From: Paraspadella gotoi
Lineage: Eukaryota; Animalia; Chaetognatha
Reading direction: 5' to 3'
Length of the DNA: 64,000 nt
Assembly: GCA_051294375.1 (NCBI GenBank)
Contig: CM119264.1
Span: 20,998,645-21,062,644, forward strand
The notes under the pieces were generated by a model. It saw nothing but the letters and a program-made list of their open reading frames with translations, made no database searches and was not told where the DNA came from. The translations under genes were made by a program, and so were the position numbers. Below, in pieces: positions 1 through 12,444 of this stretch (position 1 is the first letter of the stretch; each line of letters begins with the position of its first letter).

Positions 1-887
1 GAGAGGGAAAGAAAAAAGAATTAAATTTTTAAAAAAGATTGGAAAAAAGGCCGTCTACTAGCGATAAAAAGGAAGGAAAGAAAAAAAAAAGAAACCGGCC
101 ATAAAGTGAAATGAGAAAGGAGTGAAAGGAAAGGAGGAAGAAAGAAGAGCGATGACGCGGAGGAAAGAAAAAACAAAGAAATAAATCAAAGAGAAACCCT
201 GCGCAAACTGTAATTGAGTTCGAGAAAGTTCGGAGGGAGTAAATGAAAAAAGAGGCCAAAAAACAAGCGATGATTAAAAGAATAAATGTATTTATAATNN
301 NNNNNNNNNNNNNNNNNNNNNNNNNNNNNNNNNNNNNNNNNNNNNNNNNNNNNNNNNNNNNNNNNNNNNNNNNNNNNNNNNNNNNNNNNNNNNNNNNNNN
401 NNNNNNNNNNNNNNNNNNNNNNNNNNNNNNNNNNNNNNNNNNNNNNNNNNNNNNNNNNNNNNNNNNNNNNNNNNNNNNNNNNNNNNNNNNNNNNNNNNNN
501 NNNNNNNNNNNNNNNNNNNNNNNNNNNNNNNNNNNNNNNNNNNNNNNNNNNNNNNNNNNNNNNNNNNNNNNNNNNNNNNNNNNGACAACGACGACGACGG
601 ACCAAGTCTAATGGCAAAATTAATGAAAGTAAAAGAATCATCGTCACAGATTCGTCATCAGAATTCGATTAGTTTGAACGGAGAAGAAGAAGAAGATGCA
701 AAGATGGCGATCGGCGATTTCCGTTAGCGTCATCGGCGACGTTGGATTGTCGAATCCTCATCTTCATCGTCATCGTCATCAGCATTCTAAATTGCAGTGC
801 TATTCTTTTTCTGCTTTTCTAATTTACTTTTTGATGTTTTTATACGTATTTTCGTTCAAATCACCTAATTAAATGTACATTGTATAT

Positions 888-1486
888 TAAGACGTAGTAA
901 AATTTCTAAATTTAACTTTAATTAAAATTCTAAAAGTGAAGAACGAACAACATTATACTAATGAACATTTATATAATAAAAAAAATTTATATTAAATTTT
1001 ATAATTTACGCAGTAGGCCATATTTATACTAGTACTAACCAATAAATGTTAAAATTTTAAAACAGTTTTTTCTAAGATTTTTTTGCAGATTTGGATTCGT
1101 CATAAAAAGTTGATAAAAAGAAATATAACTCTTTTTGAAAAAATCCTTCATTAAGTGGGTCAAAAATTAGAAAAAAGCTATATTTTAAGCTGAAAATTAA
1201 CTTTTTATATATTAAATATATTTTTAATTTTTAACCCACTTAATGAAAGAATTTTTAAAAATGAATTATATTTTCTTTTATCACGAGGAATTCAAATCTG
1301 CAATCAAATTAAAAAAAGCCTATTTTGAAATTTTTCGATTTTAAGGATAGTACTATATATAAATATAGCCTACTGCAAAAATTAAAAAGCATAAAAATAA
1401 TTTTTTTTACAAATTAATGTTCACTGAAGGTATGTTGTTCTTAATTGACTTTTAGAATTTTCGTATGTAACTTTCATTACGCCTTA
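888..1486. mobile_element. Non-autonomous DNA transposon (MITE), hAT-type, copy 1
   Basis: Ends TAAGACGTAGT...ATTACGCCTTA (imperfect TIR) with a long imperfect internal fold-back. Flanks ttgtatat (880-887) and ttgtacat (1487-1494) form an 8-bp TSD with one mismatch. A near-identical inverted copy lies at 6080-6658. An 8-bp TSD is typical of hAT. Confidence 0.8.
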
Positions 1487-1531
1487 TTGTACATCATAAC
1501 AGCATAAAAAACTCATCAAACTAACCCTGAT

Positions 1532-2273
1532 AAAAACAAGTTTGAGCAAACAATATCGGATTGCCCCACGCTCATTATCGGTAATTAATTATTTAATAAT
1601 AATTAATAATTAATTAATTAATTTATTAATTAATAATTAATTAATTCAAGTTAATTAGTTATTTATTAATTAATAATTAATTTATTCAAGTTAACTATTT
1701 AATTAATTAGGCAATTAATTAATTAATTTGATCCAAATGTTTATCTTGATTGATTAATTGACTGATTAATCAATTATTGATTAATTAATTAACTGATTAA
1801 TTATTTGATTAATACATTTTGTATTTACATTTAAAATTAAAGAAAAAGAAGCATAATCAATTAGTAACTGGCACTGTTCTTTGTTTTTTCCATTTAAACT
1901 CATTTCCACTCAAACGATTCCATCGAAACTTAATTTCCAGTTTAATCACACACTTTTCAACCAAAATACAAAATTTCATATCAATCGCCCCATCCACTCA
2001 TGAGTAATTGGTGTTCAAATAATGAATTATATTTTTTTTGGTTTTTTCTATTTAAACTCGGACGGGCGGACGGACGGAAGGACGGACGGAGGGACGGACA
2101 GACAGACAGACAGACGGACGGACATTTTTTTCCCTTTTTTTTGCATAATTTATCATAATTCGATATTTTGACATGATATAAGTGAATGCCCGACAAGATT
2201 GAGGGGGCGGACCGACGGACCGACAAAGTGAATTATAGAGTCGGGATCTGCTGAAAGCAGATCCGACTAAAAA
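1532..2273 (-). mobile_element. Helentron-associated non-autonomous element (HINE/DINE-1-like), family A
   Basis: On the minus strand: T-run start, subterminal hairpin AGTCGGATCTGC-TTTCA-GCAGATCCCGACT, (GTCY)n microsatellite, TAAT-rich tract, and an end ...GCAATCCGATATTGTTTGCTCAAACTTGTTTTT. Homologous to 21810-22479. Matches the published DINE-1/HINE architecture. Confidence 0.7.
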
Positions 2274-2747
2274 TCATGTTTTAAGGACATAATAATCTTC
2301 CTTCTCTCACATTGCTTGATTAATATCTCGCTTGATTCGTGCTTGATGTGATTAACTCATCGCTAATGAATGCTTGTACTCTCGTTTGAGACTTTTGATG
2401 ACCATTAGAACATTAAATCATATTATTCAAATTTGGAAATAAAAAAAAAGAAAATATTTCATTTTTTCATAAATTATTACGTCTGGCAAAAGATGACGAG
2501 GGGCGTAAGGAGATAACAAATGGCAGCCGGAGAGAATTAATTTTTTTCGAATTTCCGATATCGGAAACGACGTCGATAACGAAGACGAGGAAGAGAAGGA
2601 TGAGGAGGAGGAGGAAGAGGAGGATTGAGAAAAATGTTGATGTCGGATGAGGACCCTCGAAGCGCGACTTATTGGGTTTCTGGTTTTTCGACGCCACGAA
2701 TCTTAAATCTATTATGGTGTATAATCCTTTCTTTCGTTGTGTGTTTG

Positions 2748-2867
2748 TTTTCGAAAAAGTTTTGTTTGATTTCGACAACGATTTGTTTTTTTTTTAAAAA
2801 CGTACATGTTTCGGCTTTTCATACAAGCCTTCATCAGCGCCAAAAGTGAATGTGAAATTTACAGAGA

Positions 2868-2950
<83 letters not shown>

Positions 2951-3662
2951 AAGGGGAAATTTACATTATGCAATGTACAACAATGATAAAGATTTTAAAC
3001 TGATGAATAATAGTGAATATTTTAACAATTAATCTACTAATAATTAAGTGAAGTTGAAAGAGAAATATTTGAAATTTGAAAAGATAGATTTTGTTGAGGG
3101 ATAGATAAGTGAGAGATAAAGTGAAAGTTTAAGAATTAAGATAGAGCTCAAAATGAGAAGAGGGCAGTTGGCAGGCGTATCAGGCCAGAGAGACATTCGA
3201 GTAGCGCTAGTACTTTTTCCGCAAGGTAGCCTCCCTGATGCAGTACTAACAAGCTCGATTCAACTGTCTTCTCAACCTATGACACGCCAATGACCCGACC
3301 TCATCGATCGTGCCTCTCATTTGCTCAGGCCAAGGGGGGCCAGCTCATTTTGAGCTCTATCTTAATTATTGAACTTTCACTTTATCTCTCACTTATTTAT
3401 CCCTCAACAAAATCTATCTTTTCAAATTTTAAATATTTCTCTTTCAACTTCACTTATTTATTAGTAGATTAATTGTTAAAATATTCACTATTATTCATCG
3501 GTTTAAAATCTTTATCATTGTTGTACATTGCATAATGTAAATTTCCCCTTTCCCTCTTTCTCTCTCTCTTCACAACTTATTCTGTCTGTCCTTAACTTTC
3601 ACCTGTCCTCACCAATTGACCACTGCCTTTCTCAAACTCTGTGTTGGAAACTTTGCCCTCTC

Positions 3663-3747
<85 letters not shown>

Positions 3748-3882
3748 GTTTATCTCTCTCTTCCTTTACCCAAAAAAATCAGTAAATTTCACATTCACTT
3801 TTGGCTTGTATGAAAACCGAAACATGTTACGTTGTTTTAAATAAAAACAAATCGTTGTCGAAATCAAATAACTTTTTCGTAA
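2748..3882 (+). mobile_element. Severely 5'-truncated Penelope-like element: inverted pLTR + ORF tail + pLTR
   Basis: Arm 2748-3156 is the reverse complement of ~3343-3882. The spacer encodes RRGQLAGVSGQRDIRVALVLFPQ, homologous to the ORF tail of the PLE at 8830-8900. Shares CCAGCTCATTTTGAGCT, GTTGGAAACTTT(CT)n and a hammerhead motif with that element's 3' region. Confidence 0.8.
2800..2840 (-). ncRNA. Minimal type I hammerhead ribozyme (PLE pLTR type), core intact
   Basis: Minus strand reads GCG-CTGATGA-AGGCTT-GTATGAA-AAGCC-GAAA-CATGTA-CGT: both core boxes, stem II GGCTT/AAGCC, palindromic ACATGT helix III, GUA cleavage triplet and a 3-bp stem I. Confidence 0.85.
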
Positions 3883-4730
3883 ATCCGAATAAATAATAAA
3901 CTGCGGTAATTTTTGTATGTTCGCATATTGTGCATATTTCGAGTCGTGAAATTACATTAGATAACTTTTGTTAATTTGTGGGACAGCCTTTCATCATCGG
4001 CTTTCATTGAATAGTCTCCGTTATCTGGACATGATTGAATGCTAAAGGCTCCTAAAAAAAACAAATGAAACTCGATGAAAAAAAATAAACAAAGTCAATA
4101 TATTTTTTAAAGAGAGCGACAAGGGAATATTAAAGACTGGAAATAATTAAAGGTTACAACATTTCGATCGGCTCTTTCGAGGTTTCACCATTTTTTTCTT
4201 TCTCTTATCCTGAGGGGGAGAAGGAGGTTTATTAGGATTTATTCTGATTTATTTGGATTTAACGCGAAAAGCTAAGAGGATTATTAACTGTCTCCGAACT
4301 GGGGAAATCTTGTATTCGAGTCCTCACACGAGAAAGACCAAAACAAAAAAACAAAACGAGACTCGAGGCGAAACAAACAAAACTCTAACGACGAGAAAAT
4401 GGAGCCATGAAGATGGGGACAGGACGTAAAATAAACTAAGTTCGATCTTAGAATATACAAACGAGTAAAACGGTAAAGAAAACGAGAGCCATTTTAATTC
4501 GAAAAGTCAAATAAGAAAACAAATAATGTAGCCTTTTTTCTAGCGAAGCCTATTCGTCTTCATCTTCGTCCGCTCATCTCCTTCGCAAAAGCGGATTCAC
4601 CCAAGGGGCTTCCCTTTGAAGCTACCTTGATTAACTCCAGAGCTTCTCTAATTGAGACCGACTTTGCTCAGACTCATTCATCTGGAAAAAGGAAGACTCC
4701 AGAATAAACGCGGAGCGGAGTGTGTCACTG

Positions 4731-4847
<117 letters not shown>

Positions 4848-5284
4848 AAAAGTGAGAAATGAATTGGAAGCCAAAGAACACAAGACCCTTGCCTCATTCG
4901 TTCCTCATCCAGGCCTCCCTCGCTCTCCTTCGTTTCCCTCTTTAACGACTATCAAGCAGAGCGATTGCGGGCGGGTGGCGTCGGCGAGGCGTTGGGACAG
5001 TCGTGGCGGTGGGTTGGGCGGCCTAAAGGAGTAAGAAGGAGTTGGAGCAGAATTGCAGTAGGGCAGCAGGGCGGTGGGGTGATAATGCAGTCGGTCTGGT
5101 GGCGTCAGGGATGGAAGAAGGTAGTAGCGGAAGTTTAAAAGCGAGTGAAAGAGGAAAGGTTGGGCCACGTCACGCGTCTTTTTAGACTTTTGCTGGTGAG
5201 GTTAAGAGGCCCCGAATTTTCTTGCAAATAAAGATCAATTTTGATCACATGGGGTCGTACTGGTGGATGGAGGAAAGAAGGAAG

Positions 5285-5420
5285 GGCGTGTAAGGCCAAG
5301 GCAAAATATTTGAAGGCCGTGGAAGGGTAAGAGTTGAAGGCCTAGAAGGCGTAAGAATTTAAGGCCATGGAGAAGTAAGAGTTGAAGGTCAAGGAAAGGA
5401 GATAGTTGAAGGCCAAGGAT
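5285..5420. repeat. Degenerate ~24-bp minisatellite (GAAGGCC...GTAAGAGTT)
   Basis: About five imperfect tandem units are visible. Confidence 0.55.
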
Positions 5421-6079
5421 GGGTCCCGGAGAAGGTCGAAGGGGCTCAGGCGGAACTGAATCAAGGTCGTTCGATAATCGTCGAGCGACGCTGAAAAACG
5501 GCGAAGATGGGAGGCGGAAAAATTATTATAACTTCAAAAAACGTTGGATCTTGGGCGATAAAAATGTTTTTAAATCCTCCACGGGAGCGATGTGAAACCA
5601 AAGCATTTTTTCATCTAACGTCCGATGTTTTTTTCTTTCCTTAACCAGAAATCCTGTCGTCGTCGTCTTCCGTCTCGAAAATGTCGTCGTCGCAATCGTT
5701 GACGTCGTTTTCGCCCTTTTTTCGTCGTCAGAATCGTCATCGACGTCATGACGGGTCAAAGGTCGCGTCGTCCCCCTTCTCTCTCTTCCTCTGCGCCTTT
5801 CCTTCCAATCAGCTCTTTCCAAAGTGCTTGCTGTCTTCCTTTTTTTCGCTTTTCGTTTTCTTTCTTTCTTTCTTTCTTCCTCTACGTCTATATGGCTTGC
5901 TTTTTTCTTTCTTTCTTTCTTTTTATATCTTTCTTTTTAATTTCAGTTCCACATCTTTTTAGCTATTATCATGTACGACAAGATATCTCTCCGAGAAAAT
6001 TAAATATTCAGAGATCCTGGTTCACATTGATTTCTTCAGGCGCTTCCAGACTAAGCTACAAATTCAAGATACTGATTAG

Positions 6080-6658
6080 TAAGGCGTAGTGAAAGTTACA
6101 TACGAAAATTCTAAAAGTCAATTATGAACAACATACCATCAATGAACATTAATTTGTAAAAAAAATTAATTTTATGTTTTTTAATTTTCGCAGAAGGCTA
6201 TATTTATATATAGTACTATCCTTATAAAATCAAAAAAATTCAAAATAGGCTTTTCTTAATTTTAATTGCAGATTTGAATTCCTCGTCAAAAGTTGATAAA
6301 AGAAAATATAAATCATTTTTAAAAATGTGGGTTAAAAATTAAAAAACTATATTTAATATATAAAAAGTTAATTTTCAGCTTAAAATATAGTTTTTTCTAA
6401 TTTTTGACCCACTTAATGAAGGAATTTTTCAAAAAGAGTTATATTTCTTTATATCAACTTTTTATGACGAATCCAAATCTGCAAAAAAATCTTAGAAAAA
6501 CTGTTTTGAAATTTTAACATTTATTGGTTCAGTACTAGTAAATTGTAAAATTTATTATAAATATTTTTATTACATAAATGTTCATTAGTATAATGTTGTT
6601 TGTTCCTCACTTTTATAATTTTAATTAAAGTTAAATTTAGAAATTTTACTACGCCTTA
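6080..6658. mobile_element. hAT-type MITE, copy 2 (inverted relative to 888-1486)
   Basis: TIR TAAGGCGTAGT...ACTACGCCTTA. Flanks ctgattag (6072-6079) and cttattag (6659-6666) form an 8-bp TSD with one mismatch, different from copy 1's TSD, so this is an independent insertion. Confidence 0.8.
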
Positions 6659-6956
6659 CTTATTAGTGATTATGCTGAAGCAAAACCTCTCGCTCATGGA
6701 AAGAAAGCCTGAATTACAGGCAGGCGCATCTCCACTCTGGCGCTCCCATTGCTCCGAACCCTACTGCTATCAACCCGAGAATTTCTAGCAATCCGCCGGG
6801 GCAAATCCTGTCTGCGTCGTCGTTGTCGTTGTCGTCGTCTGCGTCGTCGTCGTCGTCGTCATTCGTCGTCCAGTCTGATGTAAATCAAGGTTGGCCGCCA
6901 CATACTAATTACCCGGCGACCCAACATTCGAAAGAAAGAGAGAGAAGAGAGAGAGA

Positions 6957-7021
<65 letters not shown>

Positions 7022-7430
7022 GCTTCTTCGAGAATGAGAAAAAAGGGAGAAACTGAAAAAATGCCAGCGAAATTAAAAGCGCTCAAAAAAGGAAAGGAAG
7101 AAAATGTCTGCACTTAATTTGATGAAAAAAGCAAAATGGTTTTGACAATTTTGGGCAAGAAAATAGAAGGGCAAATTTCAAACCCGTTTTACTTCTCAAG
7201 TATATTTTGGCAGATTTATTGATTCAAGATAACAAATATATTAAATTAATTTAGAATAATAATATTGTTGGTTTTCTTTTCTTTTAGTTGGTAATATAAT
7301 GTAGAAGACGAAAATAATAATAATAAAAGTGAGGAGAAGGTGAAGAATTGTGACGATGTAAGAGAAGTAGAAAAGAATTGAGACTAGCTCAATAATTAGA
7401 GGAAACAAAGAGTTTTAATTTGCGCAACGA

Positions 7431-7470
7431 ACAGACATGTTTCGAAAGTAATTTCGTTCTTCATCAGTGT
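7431..7470 (-). ncRNA. Minimal type I hammerhead ribozyme in the inverted pLTR
   Basis: Minus strand reads ACA-CTGATGA-AGAACGAAATTACTTTC-GAAA-CATGTC-TGT. One stem II substitution relative to the 9421 copy. Confidence 0.82.
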
Positions 7471-7504
7471 TAAGGTTTTGAGTTACAAAATCCACAAAAT
7501 CCAC

Positions 7505-8917
7505 ATCTAGCCCTCTGGCGGACTTCTATATGGAAGACTATTAGGTGGAAGCTTTGGCTTCTTTTCAGCAAACATATGGAGAGGACTCGGTTCTCTTTTG
7601 GTTTAGGCCGTAAGGAGGGATCTCCCTGATCAGCTCCTGCAGCACCTCAGCGCCATCGAGAGAACTATTAAGTGGAGGTGTGAAAAAAAAAGAGGGAAAA
7701 ATTCCCATGCTTGATGTTCTTATCACACGTAATAACAACGGAAGCTTGGAGTTTTCGGTATATAGGAAGCCGACGCATCCAGATCAATATAGCGTTCAAA
7801 TCACAGGCTCCATTGTCGCATAAACTCTCGACGATATCCTCCCTAACCATAAGGGCCGAACTCATACCCTCCACGCCCACGATCAAAGCCGCCGAACTTA
7901 AGCATATGAAAAGAGCCTTGGCGATCAATGGTTACCCTCTTTGGGCATTTGAGAAGGCCAGATACAGATGTCACCCGGTTGAGGACAGTGGCCAATAGGG
8001 GGCAGGTCAAGTAGTCAATCATGTAACTCTGGCCTCACTCCCCCTTGAGGCAGAGCCGTCTGCTGTGGAAGACCCACAGCCGCCCACCACAGTGGCACCG
8101 GAAACTAAGCAGAGGCGGCAGAGAACCATTGGCCACGTCACTCTCCCTTACCACCAGTGAGTCACTGAGCCACTGGTGCGGGTGATCACCAAGCAGGGGA
8201 TTTCCACCTCAGTGACGGCTCGTGGTTCGTTACGCGAATTACTGGGGAAACCGAAAGACATAATCCCCAAACCCAGTTCGTCAGGCGCTGTCTATATGGC
8301 ATCCTGTGCTGGGTCAGGCAACTACCCCTGCACAGCAGCATATGTGGGTGAGACAAGGAAATCTCAGACAGATCGATTCAAAGAGCACAAACGTCCCTCG
8401 AAAGACAAATATGGTCACTTCCTGTCGACCATAGCGGAACATGCACATGAAACAGGCCACTGTTTAGAGAAACTAACTGTCTCATGCTGGTAAGAGACGA
8501 CAACTGGTACACAAGAGGTATTAGAGAGGCCATTTACATCAAAGCCCTCGAGCCCTCTTTGAACCGTGATGGAGGGCGATTCCAGCTGCCCTCCAGCTAC
8601 GACTCGCTCCTCAATGACGTGGTGGTTCGCCCTGAACCACCAAAGACCCACAACAACTCCCCTGTCCCCACGTCAGTGGCCAAGCAGTGCCGCATCTTCT
8701 ACTGTAGCAACCTGGGATGACTCTTCTCATCCCGGGATCCCACCCAAAATACGGCTACTGCTGGAAGATGATGGGGTCCCAGAACCAGCAGCAAAGCAGG
8801 CAAGAAGGGAACCCGCCTCCTCAGCAGGGGAGAAGAGGGCAAGCTGCAGGGATGACAGGTATCGTTGACATAAGAATCGCATTGGGTCTTATCCCAGAGA
8901 TAAACCAGTCCCAATGA
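7505..8917 (+). pseudogene. Decayed PLE reverse transcriptase (C-terminal half), linker and GIY-YIG endonuclease
   Basis: Read across stops and frameshifts: SPLADFYMED, TYGEDSVLFW (degenerate YxDD at 7575), QLLQHLSAIERTIKW..EGKIPMLDVLITRNNNGSLEFSVYRKPTHPDQY, HKLSTISSLTIRA..LAINGYP, VTLPY, GAVYMASC..C..YVGETRKSQTDRFKEH, IAEHAHETGH, RGIREAIYIKALEPSLNRDGG. These are characteristic PLE motifs. Confidence 0.93.
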
Positions 8918-9420
8918 CCATGCCAATGACCAGCCCTAACCTGCCACTCACCCTCAACAGACGGCCCATAAAGGTGGAGGAGACCAGCTCATTTTGAGCT
9001 ACTTTCTTTAACTTTCTTTTTTCTACAATATTTCAAATTTCTCTTTCAATTCAAATAAGTTGAAATAACGATAATTTATTAAATCTGTTGTTATCATTTT
9101 GACTTTTACTTTTTACTTTTTCAATTTAGTTTACAAATACATTTACTATTAGTTATTCATTATTTCAAAGTAAAGCCTCACTTATCAACTCTATATTATT
9201 TCCTCTGACCTTTCATTTCCTTTCCCTCCTGTATCCCTCAATCTGATCCAAAACTTCAGCTGTCCTCACCCTCTCATTCCTCCTTTCCCTCAATTCTTTG
9301 TTGGAAACTTTCCCTCTCTCTCTCTCCTTCACTCTCTGTGTCTCTCTCTCTCTCTCACTCTCTCTCTCTCTCTCTCTCTCTCAACTTTAACTCACCATTA
9401 TTTTGTAACTCAAAATCTTA

Positions 9421-9460
9421 ACACTGATGAAGAACGAAATTACGTTCGAAACATGTCTGT
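9421..9460 (+). ncRNA. Minimal type I hammerhead ribozyme at the 3' end of the PLE pLTR, core intact
   Basis: ACA-CTGATGA-A-GAACG-AAATTA-CGTTC-GAAA-CATGTC-TGT: stem I ACA/TGT, stem II GAACG/CGTTC, palindrome ACATGT, predicted GUC cleavage after 9457. Confidence 0.9.
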
Positions 9461-9511
9461 TTTAATTTAAACAAATTCGTTGAGCAAATCAAAACTCTTT
9501 GTTTTCTCTAA

Positions 9512-9512
<1 letters not shown>

Positions 9513-9604
<92 letters not shown>
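9513..9604. repeat. (AAT)n microsatellite abutting the PLE 3' end
   Basis: About 30 perfect AAT units. Confidence 0.95.
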
Positions 9605-9606
<2 letters not shown>

Positions 9607-11150
9607 TTAAAATATTTTTAAAAAAGGAAATCAAGAGCAATGAATTACAAGGAGAGGTTATGTCCAACAAATTTGTTTTCGTCCTAAATAAGATGTCGAT
9701 TTTTAATAGCTCACTGCACTAACAAAAAAATCTTAAAGGTCACTAACCGTTAATTTTTCTACAACGTCGGTTAACCGTTAAATCGTTAAATCGTTAATTT
9801 AATGACTTAGCTTATTTGATAATATCATTTAAGGTAAAACTCATGATATAAATGCAAAAAAAAAGAAGGAAAACAATTAAAACTTAGTATTCGAATCTTA
9901 TTTCAAAACATAGGATGCACTAATAAAGCAAAGGAAGACACTGAATTAATTATAATTAAAATCTCCTTTTTAAAATTTAATAGCTATCTTTAAAAAGCGT
10001 CAAAAGTTAGTTTTGAGTTAAGAGATAAAATTTTCTTTTGCACTTCTCTGCTTAAACTGAGGTAATGTAAGTAGTGCAGAATATATTTTTTTCAAATGTG
10101 GTGCTTGTTCACCTGTTGCGTAAAAAAACATTTTTTTAAAAACTTTCATAGAACTTTATGCTTATTTGTTTTTACTCATCTCAGCCTACAAAAATTTAAG
10201 GATACGGTCTGTTTGAAAATCAGTGTGCAACTAGCAATCTTGACAGTTTCCAAAGTAAATTTTATAGTCATTCATGGCAGGCTAATACAAAAAAAAATGT
10301 AACATGTCTGATTATGTAAAAATAAAATCGTTGTAAATAAACTAATCAAATTCTTTGTAATCTCTACAAATACAACAAAAGAAAGGATTACACATACACA
10401 ATGAAATAACTTGGTATATATCACGCTCGCGTAGGTTTCATTGAATCTTTTCCGCTGAATATTTAGTAAATGATTGATTTATGAAAAGTTGAGATGAATA
10501 TTTAGAAACTAGTATTTTATATCAAAATGTCCATAAAAATTCTGTAAAACTCAAGTTCAGGACGGGCGATGCTACGTTTTGTAAGTCATAAAACAAACTA
10601 AAGATTGATCATGAGTCTTGGGGTCTTGGGAATTAAGGGGTGAACTTAGGCAAAATTTTTTTCTTAAATAGGTAATAGACAATTTTTTGGTTTACCTAGT
10701 AGTTAACTGAATAAAAGTAGGCAATTTTTAATTGAGGAAAGGAGCTTTAAAACTAAGATATAACTGACAAACTTATAATCTAATTTGCTAAGATTTAAAA
10801 GGGAAATATTATCTTCAATAATTTAAAAACAAATAATATTAAATTAAATTTAAAATTTAAAAAAAACAATAGGATATTTTTTTTGGTATTAATTTTTAAA
10901 CAAAATCTTTATCAAATATAAAACTTTAATTTGCTCAACATTGAAATTCAATTAGTTTTAGCCCAAATATTTTTAGAATATTTTTAATGAAAGACAAAAT
11001 AATTTTATAAAAAAAAAAATTAATTAAGATAAACATTTTTCAGAATGTTCAAAAATATTATTTTTTATATTGAGTTAAAATCTTTGTTAATGATGAAAAA
11101 ATAGAAGGAAAATTTTTTGGATTTTTTTATTTGAAAATCTATTTAGAGAG

Positions 11151-11276
11151 AAACAAGTTTGAGTAAACAATGTCGGATTTTCCCACGATCATTATCGGTA
11201 ATTAATTAATTAATTAATAAATAATATATAATATATGTATAATTAATGTATTCAAGTTAATTATTTAATTAATTAT
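11151..11276 (-). mobile_element. Terminal fragment of HINE family A, cut by a gap
   Basis: AAACAAGTTTGAGTAAACAATGTCGGATT...CATTATCGGTAATTAATT matches 1533-1600. Confidence 0.65.
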
Positions 11277-12411
11277 NNNNNNNNNNTAAATCTTAAAAAC
11301 ACATATAATAAGAGAACCGAACTTCCGTCACTTGATGTCTTCAGGTTACTAGTAAATATGCGTTGTAGGATTCCAAATCTGTTTTTAAAATTGACCTACA
11401 TAGACGCGCATAGACGCGATATGCCTTGAAAGCAAGTTGTTTGGTTAGATTCCACTTAAATTTTTAGCTTCGGCCGAGTCAATTGGTAATAAAAAATTGA
11501 TTTTCTTTGATATCTTTTGAACCAAAAATGATAGAACGATTAGACTGGTATCATATTAAAGCCATAATTATGGGGCATCTTTTCCATATATATATTTTTT
11601 AATTTTTCATAGGAATTTTTAAAAATCTTGATCGGAATCTTAGTCAAAATGAAACACACTTGGCCACATTTAAAAAAATAAATAAATATAGATTCTGAAA
11701 GAGAAAAGATTAAATTATGTTTCTGATATAAACAAAAATTTTCTATACCTCAAATGTTTATTATTAAGGATAATGATTATCATTTTGTTGAAAACAAAAA
11801 AATTTAAAAAATTCATGTAGGAACCTTAAAAAAATATGATTTAAATATGATATTTTAGGAGTTCAAACTTTGTTCCCCCTGATTTAAAAACTACTGACAT
11901 AGGGCTAAAAGACTGTATTATCAGATTTCTAAATTTTAAGATATAGCTGTGTCTATGAGGCCTGGCAGAAAAAAAATTATTACAATTTTTTTGTTTTATG
12001 TTATAATGCTATCATAAAATAATCTTAATGCATCACGTGAGGTATCATATGATAGCTAACGATGTCTGCTACATGACAGCACGTGAAAAAAAAAATTTTA
12101 ATAAAAATAAAAAATCACCAGACTACCCTACTCTTAGTCGTCGTCGACGTCGCGCCGTAGTAGCTGTAGTTGTAGTACATCGTCTTCATTCTCTTCCTCC
12201 TAACGACCCGAGGCGAAGGTGTTTGAAAATTTCATCATTCACTGGCGCCTCCCGTCCAGGAGTCGTAGGCGAGCCGCGTGTTGGAACAAGATAAACGAGG
12301 AAAGAAAGAAAAGAATAAAGAGAAAAAAATATAACTACTACATCAGAGAAAATAGAATGAATAAAGAAAATGATCAGCCTTGTTATTGTTAAACGAGAGA
12401 GAGAGAGAGAT

Positions 12412-12444
<33 letters not shown>

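Larger units (their letters stand above)
7392..9515 (+). mobile_element. 5'-truncated Penelope-like retroelement (Penelope/Poseidon-type, GIY-YIG EN) with inverted partial pLTR at its 5' end
   Basis: 7392-7491 is the reverse complement of 9399-9515. Between them lie a decayed RT-linker-GIY-YIG ORF and a pyrimidine-rich 3' pLTR ending in a hammerhead. This inverted-pLTR geometry is the established PLE insertion signature. Confidence 0.92.
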
